A stretch of DNA of 64,000 nucleotides, from NCBI GenBank assembly GCA_028291945.1, contig JAQGNH010000120.1, positions 30,328 to 94,327 of the forward strand, in the 5' to 3' direction. Below are positions 17,784 to 27,211 of the stretch, one piece after another. This DNA comes from Betaproteobacteria bacterium (GTDB taxonomy: Bacteria > Pseudomonadota > Gammaproteobacteria > Burkholderiales > SG8-41). Below the pieces are notes generated by a model. That model ran no database searches. It was given only the letters and a program-made list of their open reading frames with translations, and had not been told where the DNA came from. Every line of letters starts with the position of its first letter. Positions within the stretch are counted from its first letter, which is position 1. The translations under genes were made by a program, and so were the position numbers.

Positions 17784-19469
17784 ATGCCAAAAACCAAAGC
17801 CATCGGTCAGACGCCAGCCCCGCCCGGGGGCGAAGAGGTGGCTGTGCGCTCTGCAGTCTGGCGTTGGTTCGACGCAAACATTCTCGCCCTCGGCCGCGAC
17901 ATGCGGCTGTCTTATCTGCCACCGCTGATGGTGTACATGGCCGCGGGGATCTCGGGCCTGACGGGGATCGTCGGGACGTTTTTCGTCAAGGAGTATCTCG
18001 GGCTTTCGGCTGCATTCCTGGCCGCGCTCGCTTTCTGGGGCGGTATCCCCTGGGCGCTCAAGATGCCGATCGGGCATATCGTCGACTTGATCTGGCGCTA
18101 CAAAAGCTGGCTCGTGTATCTCGGCGCGGGCCTCATCGCAGCCAGTCTGCTGATCATGATTGCGCTGATCACCGATCGCGCAGCGATGACCGCGATCATG
18201 CCCGCAGATAGGTGGTACGTGCTGAGCTTTCTCCTGGCCCCGATCGGCTTCGTCATTCAGGATACGGTCGCCGATGCGATGACTGTCGAAGCCGTGCCGC
18301 GCGTGGACGAGCACGGCAAGCCGATCGATCCCGAGCGGCGCAAGCTGATGCACACCACCATGCAGACGCTGGGGCGCGTCGCGATCATCGGCGGCACTGT
18401 GCTCGTAGGCGTGATCAACCTCTACGTGTTCGCAGGCGCCAAGGAACTGGCTCCCGCCGAAATGGCGGCGACCTACGCGCGGGTCTACACCATGGCGCTC
18501 GCGATCCCGCTGATCTCGGTGCTCGGTGTTGTCGTTGCGAGCGTATTGAAAGCGCGCGAAAGAAAGCATCTCATCGCACAGGGCATCAGTGCCGCCGATG
18601 CGCGCAAAGTCACCTCCGAAGGCAAAGAACGACCTCGAGCGAATTGGTGGATACTCGCCGGCGGTCTCGTCTTCGTGATATTCACGGTCGCGGTGGGATT
18701 TGCCAGCCTGGGCTACGGGGAGGAAATCATCTTCGCCGGGTCTTTCGCGATCGTCTCGTTTCTGGTCCTCCGTCTCACGCGCGAGCTCGACGCGGTATCG
18801 CGCGAGACGTTAATCGGGACCGCCATCGTGATTTTCGTGTTCCGTGCGGTACCCACAACCGGCGCCGGCATCGAGTGGTGGATGATCGACGTCTTGCACT
18901 TCGACCAGCATTTTTTCGCGGTGCTCTCTCTTATAGGCAGCGCACTCACACTCGCGGGCATGTTTGTATTCAGGCGCTTCATGGCCGATCATTCGATTAC
19001 TTACGTCGTTGGATTCCTGACGATCTGTGGCACTGTGTTGTCGCTGCCTTTGATCGGAATGTACTTCGGATTGCACGAGTGGACGGCACGTGTGACCGGC
19101 GGTGTCGTAGATGCACACTTCATTGCGCTCGTCGACACCGCGCTCGAATCACCGCTCGGACAGATCGCCATGATCCCGATGCTCGCATGGATAGCGCGCT
19201 CTGCGCCGGACAATCTGAAAGCGACCTATTTCGCCGTCATGGCATCGTTCACGAACCTTGCGCTATCGCTCGCGCAGCTCGGCACCAAGTACTTGAACAA
19301 CATGTTCGTCGTTACGCGCGAAGTCAAGGACGCTGCAAGCGGCGCGGTTCAGTTGCCCGCCGATTACAGTCAGCTGGGAACGCTTTTGGTCGCGCAGACG
19401 CTGCTTGGGCTCGCCCTGCCGTTCGCGGCGATACTGATCGCAAGATTATTCAGACTGCGCACGGCGTAG
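17784..19469 (+). CDS. polytopic membrane transporter, folate-biopterin transporter (BT1)-like MFS
   Basis: LMVYMAAGISGLTGIVGTFFVKEYLGLSAAFLAALAFWGGIPWALKMPIGHIVD resembles the BT1 N-terminal block. 561 aa. The family call is tentative. Confidence 0.6.
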   Translation: MPKTKAIGQTPAPPGGEEVAVRSAVWRWFDANILALGRDMRLSYLPPLMVYMAAGISGLTGIVGTFFVKEYLGLSAAFLAALAFWGGIPWALKMPIGHIVDLIWRYKSWLVYLGAGLIAASLLIMIALITDRAAMTAIMPADRWYVLSFLLAPIGFVIQDTVADAMTVEAVPRVDEHGKPIDPERRKLMHTTMQTLGRVAIIGGTVLVGVINLYVFAGAKELAPAEMAATYARVYTMALAIPLISVLGVVVASVLKARERKHLIAQGISAADARKVTSEGKERPRANWWILAGGLVFVIFTVAVGFASLGYGEEIIFAGSFAIVSFLVLRLTRELDAVSRETLIGTAIVIFVFRAVPTTGAGIEWWMIDVLHFDQHFFAVLSLIGSALTLAGMFVFRRFMADHSITYVVGFLTICGTVLSLPLIGMYFGLHEWTARVTGGVVDAHFIALVDTALESPLGQIAMIPMLAWIARSAPDNLKATYFAVMASFTNLALSLAQLGTKYLNNMFVVTREVKDAASGAVQLPADYSQLGTLLVAQTLLGLALPFAAILIARLFRLRTA

Positions 19470-19473
19470 CGCA

Positions 19474-20616
19474 ATGGCGAGCAACAAGAAGGGCCGGGTT
19501 GCGAATCGCCGTCCAGCCAAGCGCGCAGGAGTGAGGCAGGCGAAGGCGCGCCCGAGCCCGGATCGCGAAGCATTGGCCGCGCTCGATGCTGCTCGAGAAG
19601 ACGTCACGCTCGAGATTGAAGGCGAACGACTGAAGCTCACGCATCTCGACAAGTTGCTCTGGCCGCCCGACGAACGCGCTGGCCTGCAGGGCTACACGCG
19701 ACGCGACTACGTGCGCTATCTCTTGCGGGTAGGCCCGTACATGTTGCCCCACGTGCGCGATCGCCCGCTCACCTTGATACGCATGCCGGAAGGCATCGCT
19801 GGACGTCGTTTCGTGCATTTTCATTACGAGCAGCGGCTGCCGTCCTTCGTTGATACCCTTATGATCTACTCCGAAAAGAACGATCGCGCCGAAGAGTTCT
19901 TGCTGTGTAACAACATGGCGACGCTGCTGTGGCTTGCTCACATCGGTGATCTGGAGCTGCATGTCTGGCACTCGCGCGCGAGCACAGCACCCGACGCCAA
20001 AGGCGCCAGCACCGACTTCTTGACGTCTGCTGAGAGCCTGCGCCGCTCGATACTGAACTATCCCGATTACGTCGTATTCGATCTCGATCCGTATATCTAT
20101 TCGGGCAAGGAACCAGCCGGGGCACAGCCGGAGTTCAACGTCGAGGCATTCGAGCGGGGCAAGGCAGTTGCATACCGCCTCAAAGCGCTGCTTGATTCCA
20201 TGAAGCTGAAAACGTATGTGAAAACGTCGGCGAAAACAGGCTTGCACGTCCTCGTGCCGATCGTCCGCAAACTGGATTACGACGGCATACGGGCATTTGC
20301 CGAGACGATCGCGCGTCACCTGGTCCGGCAATACCCAGACGACATCTCGATCGACTGGAACGTAACGCGCCGCACGGGAAAGGTATTCCTGGACTACAAC
20401 ATGAACGTGCGTGTGAAGACGCTGAGCGCGCCCTATTCGGTGCGCGGATTGCCCGGTGCGCCCGTGTCGATGCCGCTGACGTGGTCGGCTCTCGAAACGA
20501 CGCATCCGCTCGATTACACGATGGCCGACGTGGCGGACATCGTCGCAAAGCGCGGCGACATGTGGGGCGATATTCTCGATGCAAAACAGGATGTCGCGAA
20601 AGCGCTCGGTGCTTAG
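19474..20616 (+). CDS. stand-alone LigD-type primase-polymerase domain protein (NHEJ PolDom)
   Basis: [39 protein letters not shown] (metal-binding DxD), [23 protein letters not shown]. No ligase or nuclease domain. Confidence 0.8.
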   Translation: MASNKKGRVANRRPAKRAGVRQAKARPSPDREALAALDAAREDVTLEIEGERLKLTHLDKLLWPPDERAGLQGYTRRDYVRYLLRVGPYMLPHVRDRPLTLIRMPEGIAGRRFVHFHYEQRLPSFVDTLMIYSEKNDRAEEFLLCNNMATLLWLAHIGDLELHVWHSRASTAPDAKGASTDFLTSAESLRRSILNYPDYVVFDLDPYIYSGKEPAGAQPEFNVEAFERGKAVAYRLKALLDSMKLKTYVKTSAKTGLHVLVPIVRKLDYDGIRAFAETIARHLVRQYPDDISIDWNVTRRTGKVFLDYNMNVRVKTLSAPYSVRGLPGAPVSMPLTWSALETTHPLDYTMADVADIVAKRGDMWGDILDAKQDVAKALGA

Positions 20617-21527
20617 GGGCCGGGCTGCAGCACGGTACCCATGCGCAGCAGATTGTGTATCCCCGTCGCGGCGATCGCCGCGTGCCCGGCGCCCACCGCG
20701 ATCTGGTTCAAATCGTTGGCAACATCCCCCGCGGCGTATACCCCCGGCACGGTGGTGCGCAGCCGGTCATCGACGATGATCTGACCGACTCCGTCACACG
20801 CCGCGCCGAGCGTTCGTGCGAGGTCGGAGCGCACCCTGCAACCGAGCGCCGAGTAGAGCGTGTCGAAGCGGTAGATTGTGCCGCTTCGAGTCTGCAGCCC
20901 CACGATCGCGCCTTCTTGAGTGCACACTTCGGCGAGGGACTCGTCGACGATCACGATCCCACATTGCTGGAGCGATGTGCGGTCTGAGTCGCCGATTTCA
21001 TGCGGTGTGCCTAGCGTGAATAACGTAAGCTTGTCCGTGTAATGCCGGAGAAAACGCGCCTCGTTCACGCCTTTCATGCCGCGGCCGATGATCGCCACCT
21101 GTTTATCGATGACTTCATAGCCGTCGCAAATCGGACAATGCCGGATGAGACCCGAGCGAATGGCATCGTTGATGTTGGGCAGACTCGGTTCCACATCCAT
21201 GGAACCTGTCGCGAGAATAATAGTGCGCGCCGCGATGGATTCATTGCCGACCTGTGCCCGGAACATGCCGTCAGGCATACGTTGAAGTGCATCGACGTTC
21301 CCGGCGGTCAATGCGGCGCCATAACGCCGAGCCTGCTCGCGAAGCCGCAGGAGGAGCTCGCGTCCGCTGATGCCGTCCGGAAATCCCGGGTAGTTGTGCG
21401 AAGTTGGAATGAGCGAAGCGCGGCTGGCGCCAGCATCGATCACGCGGACGCTGCGACGAAAGCGCCCGAGATAAACCGCGCCTGTCAGGCCGGCCGGACC
21501 TCCGCCGACGATCAAGCAGTCGAGCAT
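20613..21527 (-). CDS. thioredoxin-reductase-like NAD(P)/FAD-dependent oxidoreductase
   Basis: [20 protein letters not shown], redox CxxC (HCPICDG), C-terminal VYAAGDVAN. Confidence 0.85.
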   Translation of the reverse strand: MLDCLIVGGGPAGLTGAVYLGRFRRSVRVIDAGASRASLIPTSHNYPGFPDGISGRELLLRLREQARRYGAALTAGNVDALQRMPDGMFRAQVGNESIAARTIILATGSMDVEPSLPNINDAIRSGLIRHCPICDGYEVIDKQVAIIGRGMKGVNEARFLRHYTDKLTLFTLGTPHEIGDSDRTSLQQCGIVIVDESLAEVCTQEGAIVGLQTRSGTIYRFDTLYSALGCRVRSDLARTLGAACDGVGQIIVDDRLRTTVPGVYAAGDVANDLNQIAVGAGHAAIAATGIHNLLRMGTVLQPGP

Positions 21528-21684
21528 GCCTCAGCTCGGCTGGCGCGGACGCAGGCATCGCGACCGTGATTTTTTGTTGAGAGAGGGGCAGACACGAAGG
21601 CCCCGGTCGCAATTGGCGTGCCGGCTAGCGTCAGTGTCCGGGTGCGGCATGGCGCTGCTGCTCGGACTGATCTACCGCACTGGC

Positions 21685-22206
21685 TTAAGTCTGCTGATCG
21701 GAAAAGAGTCCGACGGGGCGCGGACCATACGGCGCCTGCCGCTTCAGCAGCGTGGGTGAGCGCGGAAAAGCGTTATCGGGCATGCGATCGACCATGTAAG
21801 CCATTACGCGATCGCGATCGTCGACCGAAAGGTCGGCGACGTTGAAATCGAATGCACGCTGGTGCGCATCGAGCACGACGATATGCCAATCGCGCCCTCC
21901 GCCACGCCGTTCGAGGTAGATATCCGTCGCGTCTTTCCAGCGCACACTGTGCTGGTCTGCAAGAAAAGCGTAAACGCTTCCAGCTTCATTCGTGATCGTC
22001 GCATTGAACGTCGCGAAGTAGAGCCCGGCCCAGGCAGCCACGGCAGTCGCTATGGTCAGCGTCCAGCGACGCCGTATGCGCTTGCTGCCAAATACGGTGA
22101 GAGCCAGAAGCACCGCTGCGCCGAGCAGGAGCATCACGCCGATCCACAGGGGATAAGACAGGACGAGTCGGTCTGCGTTTTGCGCGACCTGCATGAGGGA
22201 AGACAT
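21685..22206 (-). CDS. hypothetical membrane protein
   Basis: 173-aa ORF with two N-terminal hydrophobic helices. No family recognised. Coding status rests on ORF length and composition only. Confidence 0.5.
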   Translation of the reverse strand: MSSLMQVAQNADRLVLSYPLWIGVMLLLGAAVLLALTVFGSKRIRRRWTLTIATAVAAWAGLYFATFNATITNEAGSVYAFLADQHSVRWKDATDIYLERRGGGRDWHIVVLDAHQRAFDFNVADLSVDDRDRVMAYMVDRMPDNAFPRSPTLLKRQAPYGPRPVGLFSDQQT

Positions 22207-22355
22207 GAGCGGCGCATGATAGCATCGGCATCATCGTACGCGCCAAGCCGCGAACCGTGGAATATGTAAATGCGCACGATCTCATAAAGCGCGCGCGATT
22301 CCGATTTGCGACTCTTCCGGAGCAGAGCAGCTCACGATCGACAACACGAGTTTCC

Positions 22356-23123
22356 ATGCCTGACGCCGTATTCGACACCCACTTCCACATTATAGATCCG
22401 CGCTTCCCGGTCATGGAAAACCAGGGTTTCCTGCCGCCCACCTTTACGGTGGAGGATTATCGCGCGCGGACGGCCGGGCTCGGCATCAGCGGTGGCACCG
22501 TCATCGCGGGCTCTTTCCAGGGCATACAGACCGAGTACATGTACGATGCGCTCGAGAAGCTCGGGCCCACGTTCGTGGGTGTCATCCAGATTGCGGCAAC
22601 CGTGAGCGATGAGGAAATACTGAGACTCAATGCAGCTGGTGTACGCGCGGTCAGATTCAATCTGTATCGAGGCGGGTCGGCTGGCATCGCGGATCTCGAT
22701 CGCCTCGCGCGTCGCGTTCACGATGTCGCCAGCTGGCATGCGGAGCTTTACGTCGATGTTGCGACGATCGAGCCGATCTTTGATACGCTTGCAAGCTTGC
22801 CGAAAATTAGTATCGATCACCTCGGGATGACGCAAGCGGGCTTGCCAAAGCTGCTGGCGCTCGCCGAACGCGGAGCAAAAGTGAAAGCGACGGGTTTTGG
22901 CCGCACAGAGGTCGATGTGACCGCTGTGCTGCGCGAGCTTGCGGCTGTGAACCCGGATTGCCTGATGTTCGGGAGCGATCTTCCTTCGCAACGGGCGCGA
23001 CGCCCGTTCATGCCGTCCGACATGGAGCTTATCCGTCATACGCTGGGTGCGGATCTGGCGCGCAAAGCATTCCGGGACAATGCGGTCGCGTTTTACCGGC
23101 CGCGTGAGCTTCCGGCGCGTTAG
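22356..23123 (+). CDS. amidohydrolase-2 family metal-dependent hydrolase
   Basis: DTHFHI (HxH metal motif) at the N-terminus when started at ATG 22356. FGSDLP near the C-terminus. Confidence 0.75.
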   Translation: MPDAVFDTHFHIIDPRFPVMENQGFLPPTFTVEDYRARTAGLGISGGTVIAGSFQGIQTEYMYDALEKLGPTFVGVIQIAATVSDEEILRLNAAGVRAVRFNLYRGGSAGIADLDRLARRVHDVASWHAELYVDVATIEPIFDTLASLPKISIDHLGMTQAGLPKLLALAERGAKVKATGFGRTEVDVTAVLRELAAVNPDCLMFGSDLPSQRARRPFMPSDMELIRHTLGADLARKAFRDNAVAFYRPRELPAR

Positions 23124-23126
23124 ACG

Positions 23127-23612
23127 ATGGCCAGGACTCCACACGATTCAAGCAGGAAGCCCAAAAATGGCCGCGCGCACGAAGTCGTGTTGCACGGCGG
23201 AATGGCAAAAACGCTAGGCGTGCACCTGGTGAGTGTCAGTAAGAAGCGCGTCGTCGCCGAGATGCCGGTCGGTCCTAAGCATCTCAATCGTTCGCTCCGG
23301 GTCAATGGAGGTGCGCTGATGGCGTTTGCCGATGTGCTGGGCGCGACCGGCACGGTGGCGAATCTGCCCCCCGGTCACCGCACTACGACGCTCGAGTCCA
23401 AGACAAACTTCTTCGCCGCCGGTGAAGGTCCAGTACTCCAGGCGGTGTCCAAGCCGCTGCATATCGGCCGCACTACGATGGTCTGGCAGACGACGATACG
23501 CAATTCAGACCGCAGACTCGTGGCTGTCGTCACTCAGACGCAGATGGTTTTGCCGGGTGAGCGCGTACCAGACGTCAGCGGTCAGCTCTCAGGCGTTGGC
23601 CGCAAACGCTAG
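23127..23612 (+). CDS. PaaI-family hotdog thioesterase
   Basis: GGALMAFADVLGATG...TTLESKTNFFAA...HIGRTTMVWQTTI matches the PaaI/YdiI pattern. Confidence 0.8.
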   Translation: MARTPHDSSRKPKNGRAHEVVLHGGMAKTLGVHLVSVSKKRVVAEMPVGPKHLNRSLRVNGGALMAFADVLGATGTVANLPPGHRTTTLESKTNFFAAGEGPVLQAVSKPLHIGRTTMVWQTTIRNSDRRLVAVVTQTQMVLPGERVPDVSGQLSGVGRKR

Positions 23613-23622
23613 AGCAGCGCAA

Positions 23623-24054
23623 TCACGGTTCTTCGACGCCGACACGATGCACGTACACCATCTGACCGCCCAGCCAACCTGAGACGGCGAGCAGGCCGAT
23701 CGCCACGACCGACAATATCAAGGGCGCACCCGCTACGCTTGCGCCCTGTATCCGCGTACCGATGTTGATGGCATAGAGCAGGATGATCGTTGCATTCAGC
23801 GCCATGTGAGTCAGTGCAAGCCGTTTCGGCTGAGCGGTCAGCGAGAGCATGTCGATGAAACCGGGAACAGCCGCTAGCAGAGCGCCGACCAAGCCGCCGA
23901 TCATGGTCCAGAAGCTCAGCGTAAACCACAGACTCACGCCGCTGCCGAGCACGAACGTCAGATCGCATACGAACGAGAATATCCACAGGCCGATAGGGAT
24001 TGGTACGAGCATCGGATGGATCGGATGTTTCGCGACGCTGGCCGGAGTACGCAT
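23623..24054 (-). CDS. DUF2231-like membrane protein
   Basis: KHPIHPMLVPIPIGLWIFSFVCD N-terminal motif. Four TM segments. Confidence 0.7.
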   Translation of the reverse strand: MRTPASVAKHPIHPMLVPIPIGLWIFSFVCDLTFVLGSGVSLWFTLSFWTMIGGLVGALLAAVPGFIDMLSLTAQPKRLALTHMALNATIILLYAINIGTRIQGASVAGAPLILSVVAIGLLAVSGWLGGQMVYVHRVGVEEP

Positions 24055-24355
24055 GCAGGGCTCTCCTCTCGAGATCTGAAGTGCAGCTGTAGAATTGGGA
24101 CGCCTGCTGCACCGGACCGTATCACCGCATCATACTTTACCTGCGATGCTGGAAAGTGCGGTTCAGCGAAGGCCGCAAGGGGCTGCGGTCACATGCGGCC
24201 AGACACGCCGAGCAATTCCAGTACCGTGCCGATTGCTCGCCGCGAGCTTCTCACGCTGTCCGGGTGAGATGCGATCACCTCGGCGTGGCGGCGGGCCAGA
24301 TCTGGGCGAGAATATCAAGGCGACTGAGATAAGAGCCGACAACCAAGGAGCACAG

Positions 24356-25585
24356 ATGATCAGAAAACTAAGAACGCAGCGCGACGACCAGCAATGGATG
24401 CTCGACCTTGCCCTCAATATGCGAGGACGTGTGCAGAACTTCGAGCGCGACGACGTCGAAGTGCCGCAAGGCAAGCGCGCGCGCAACTATCGTATGTTGC
24501 CGAAGGTCTGGCGCGAAGCGGGTGAGCGTCACGAATCTCTGGCAAAGCGCGCGCAGGCGCGCGGTGCCAACGCGACTGCAACTGCACATTACGACCACGC
24601 TGTCGAAGCGTATCGCATGGCACAACACCCGATTTACTTCGACAATCATCCGGTCAAAAAATATCTGTATCGCAAGCTTTCGGAGATGGTCGACCGCCGT
24701 TCCGAGGTGGCAGACTACCCGATCGAGCGCGTGGAAGTGCCGTTCGACGGCGGCAAGACGATCTCGTGCCTGCTGCATCTCTTGCCGGATCGTCGCAAGG
24801 CGCCCGTGGTGATCTACGTACCGGGAATGGATCAGAGCAAGGAGGTGTTCCCGAAAGCAGCGCACAACATCGCGCTGTCGCGTGGCTTTCACGTTCTCGC
24901 GATCGACGGGCCCGGACAGGGCAACAGCAACCTGCAGAAGATCCGTGCCGTCGGCGACAACTACGAGCGTGCCGGTGCGGCCGTGATCAGCTATCTGATG
25001 AAGAGACCCGAAGTGAATCGCCGCAAGATCGCGATATACGGCATCAGCATGGGAAGCTACTGGTCGCTGCGGCTGTCGAGCTACGATCACCGCGCGGCAG
25101 CGGTCGTGAGCTCGGTCGCGTGCTTCAATCCGAACAACACGATTTTCACGCAGTCCTCGCCGCGTTTTAAACAGATGTTCATGTACATGGCGGGATACGA
25201 TGACGAAGAGCGATTCGACGAGGAAGTCGCGAAAGGGATGACGGTGCGTGGCTATCTGGACCAGATCACGTGCCCTACGCTGCTTGTCACGGGAGAGTTC
25301 GATCCGTTATGTCCGCTCGAGGATGCTGTCGAGGCTTTCAACGACCTGCGAGTGCCGAAGGAAATGTGGGTCATCGAAAATCAGTATCACCCGCTTTGGG
25401 GCATCCCGAACCTGGGCGGTCTCGATTGCCATGAATACGTGTTGGACTGGTTGGCGGGTGTCTTCAGCGGCAAGCAAGCGCCTTCGAAGAAGGGCCGGAT
25501 CGCGTACGTCAGAGAGAATGGAGATGGCCCTTTCGGCAATTGCGAATGGGAGCCACCGATCAAACCGGGTCAAGCCTACTTTTAA
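24356..25585 (+). CDS. alpha/beta hydrolase
   Basis: ATG 24356 is preceded by AAGGAG (24345-24350). Nucleophile elbow GISMGSYW. VTGEFDPLCP block. The longer ORF from 24095 lacks an RBS. Confidence 0.75.
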   Translation: MIRKLRTQRDDQQWMLDLALNMRGRVQNFERDDVEVPQGKRARNYRMLPKVWREAGERHESLAKRAQARGANATATAHYDHAVEAYRMAQHPIYFDNHPVKKYLYRKLSEMVDRRSEVADYPIERVEVPFDGGKTISCLLHLLPDRRKAPVVIYVPGMDQSKEVFPKAAHNIALSRGFHVLAIDGPGQGNSNLQKIRAVGDNYERAGAAVISYLMKRPEVNRRKIAIYGISMGSYWSLRLSSYDHRAAAVVSSVACFNPNNTIFTQSSPRFKQMFMYMAGYDDEERFDEEVAKGMTVRGYLDQITCPTLLVTGEFDPLCPLEDAVEAFNDLRVPKEMWVIENQYHPLWGIPNLGGLDCHEYVLDWLAGVFSGKQAPSKKGRIAYVRENGDGPFGNCEWEPPIKPGQAYF

Positions 25586-25619
25586 CTTGCTGCTCTGGGA
25601 ATAACGAGAGGCGGGCAGA

Positions 25620-26429
25620 TCAAGCGTACGGGGCGGGTCTCATCGGGCGCATCGGCATTTGCGAAAGCTCGTCGAGCAAACCTTCAACCAGCCTCTCCGC
25701 CATTGCAAACGCAGTCGCGAGCCCCGCAGTATTCTTGTTTCTCGCCTGAGTCTCGACGCTGACGACCGCGTTGAAAACTTCTGGGGCTTCGAACGGCGCG
25801 ACGGCGCCTTTGAGCGAGTGGGCTTCCGCGTATGCGTGTTCCAGATCGTTGCTCGCCAGCGCTGCATTCAATGAAGCAAGTATCTGCGGGACCGTGCGCA
25901 AGAAGATCTGCGCAACCTCCGCGAGCAGCGCTTCGTCTCCCGCAAGACGGGTGAGCGTCATCTCGACGTTGAGAAGACCGGAGCTTGTCTGCTGAGCATC
26001 GAAGGCCGTGGCCTGGTCTCCGCTTAGCAAAAACGCGCGGTTCACGAGTTGTTTCTGGCTTGAACGCAGGAACAGCATATGATTCATGCGCGACTGCAGC
26101 TCAGTGAACTCGAACGGCTTGTTCATGAAGTCGTTGAAGCCATTCTGAAGCGCGCTGTGGCGTATCGTGCGGTCAGCGCTGGCGCTTACCATCATCAAAG
26201 GAGTCGCTGCCCTGCCTTCCAGAGCACATAGACGGCGCGTAAATTCGATGCCATTCAAAACGGGCATCATGTAATCGACGATGACGACGTCCGGCACATT
26301 CGGCCTACACCATGCGAGAGCAGCGGTAGGGTCGGTGAAGGCCCGCACGCTGCAATCCGGCAGCTTTGCCACGAGCTGCTTGAGCACGGTGAGGCTCACC
26401 AGCTCGTCGTCTACGATGATGATTTCCAT
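25620..26429 (-). CDS. response-regulator receiver domain fused to an Hpt phosphotransfer domain
   Basis: MEIIIVDDE...VVIVDYMMPVLNG...KPF receiver. C-terminal AHSLKGAVAPF Hpt histidine motif. Confidence 0.8.
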   Translation of the reverse strand: MEIIIVDDELVSLTVLKQLVAKLPDCSVRAFTDPTAALAWCRPNVPDVVIVDYMMPVLNGIEFTRRLCALEGRAATPLMMVSASADRTIRHSALQNGFNDFMNKPFEFTELQSRMNHMLFLRSSQKQLVNRAFLLSGDQATAFDAQQTSSGLLNVEMTLTRLAGDEALLAEVAQIFLRTVPQILASLNAALASNDLEHAYAEAHSLKGAVAPFEAPEVFNAVVSVETQARNKNTAGLATAFAMAERLVEGLLDELSQMPMRPMRPAPYA

Positions 26430-26655
26430 TGATCGGTCCTGATTCAGACACATTGCTGCGGGCACGAACTATCGTGTTCCGCACTCGGCGCGCGTTAGGA
26501 AGTTTGTCTCACGGTCTCTGGGTGCACAGGGCTGGGACTGCATGCAAGTCCTCGAAGCGAACGACGACGCAGAAAAGATGAAGTAGAGACAAATTCCCGC
26601 GCACTCAAATTCAAACAGGCGGATAGTTCGAACCTTCGCGGGTCATCGCGTCCTA

Positions 26656-26750
26656 GGCAGATGGGTACTCTGCCGCTTGCGCCAGCGTAACGGGCCTGCA
26701 CAGATAGTGCAGTAGAAACCCCGACGGGAAACCGGCGGGGTTTTCTTTTT
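26656..26750 (+). ncRNA. candidate small RNA 3' region (three stem-loops ending in an intrinsic terminator); 5' end unknown
   Basis: Hairpins GGCAG/CTGCC (26656-26674) and CTGCAC/GTGCAG (26696-26712), then the terminator. No ORF above 14 codons lies upstream on this strand. No family recognised. Confidence 0.3.
26716..26750 (+). terminator. Rho-independent terminator with no upstream CDS
   Basis: AAACCCCG(ACGG)...(CCGG)CGGGGTTT stem followed by TCTTTTT. The T-tract is only on the + strand. Confidence 0.65.
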
Positions 26751-26962
26751 GTGGCGTCGCTTCGGTCATATCTTCGGCAAGCATGACCGAGCGCCTACGA
26801 ACTGTTGCGATTCCCCTCTCGCCCTTGTGTCCGGAGGGCTCCACGAGCGAGCAGGTACTCAGAGACTGAACGAGCGTTGTCAAGCCACGCTACAGCGAGT
26901 GCGTGCAAGCTCCGCGTAAGCTTGAAGACTCATGATCGGCCATCATCCGAGAAGGACCTATC

Positions 26963-27109
26963 ATGAGCACTGCGCGACCCGGAGGGAACACACTCAATGA
27001 TCGGCGCCTCAATAAGATGAGCGCCAGCGAAAAGCTCGCCTTCATCGGCAAAGCGCTCGTATTCTTCATTTCCGGCGGATTCATCTTCCCGACATTGTGG
27101 GTTGATTGA
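26963..27109 (+). CDS. candidate 48-aa small membrane protein
   Basis: ATG preceded by GAAGGA. MSTARPGGNTLNDRRLNKMSASEKLAFIGKALVFFISGGFIFPTLWVD has a basic N-terminus plus one C-terminal TM helix. Not in the supplied ORF track because it is under 60 aa. Confidence 0.3.
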   Translation: MSTARPGGNTLNDRRLNKMSASEKLAFIGKALVFFISGGFIFPTLWVD

Positions 27110-27211
27110 CTGCGCAATGTGTTGACCGATCAAAGCGTTGCGCATGTTGCCGCCTTCGGCCCATGGCATTCGGGCTTTGGTTGTGGTCGCGTCCGCAGAC
27201 ACAACGCTCGG

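Noticed and set aside
18212-19534. 440-aa alternative-frame + strand ORF inside the BT1-like transporter gene.
   Set aside because: Its composition is extremely Arg-rich (RRRxR runs). The overlapping frame encodes a coherent 12-TM protein.
19450-20505. 351-aa ORF antisense to the LigD-polymerase gene. Similar long shadow ORFs occur at 2411..3433, 9843..10733, 24368..25090, 31141..32154 and 49722..51008.
   Set aside because: These are typical high-GC antisense or off-frame ORFs. They are Arg/His/Ala-rich and low in complexity, with no recognisable motifs. Each lies opposite a gene with clear family signatures.
20613-20616. Convergent stop codons of the LigD-pol and TrxR-like genes overlap (TTAG).
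   Set aside because: This is a common consequence of tight packing in compact genomes. It is not evidence of functional coupling on its own.
24095-24355. N-terminal extensions of longest ORFs. Examples are 24095 for the hydrolase, 32382 for macA, 42474 for tctC, 42353 for the Rieske gene, 49945 for the LolA-like gene and 22257 for the amidohydrolase.
   Set aside because: The extensions are Arg/Pro-rich, overlap neighbouring genes or divergent promoters, and lack an RBS. Internal starts with Shine-Dalgarno sequences or signal peptides fit the families better.
26618-26640. tRNA-like TTCGAACC string. I also scanned the window generally by eye for tRNA, rRNA and tmRNA.
   Set aside because: There is no acceptor/T-arm context (no GGTTCGAATCC-type T-loop with a matching stem). 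I could not support any structured RNA gene of a known class. An eye scan is not exhaustive.
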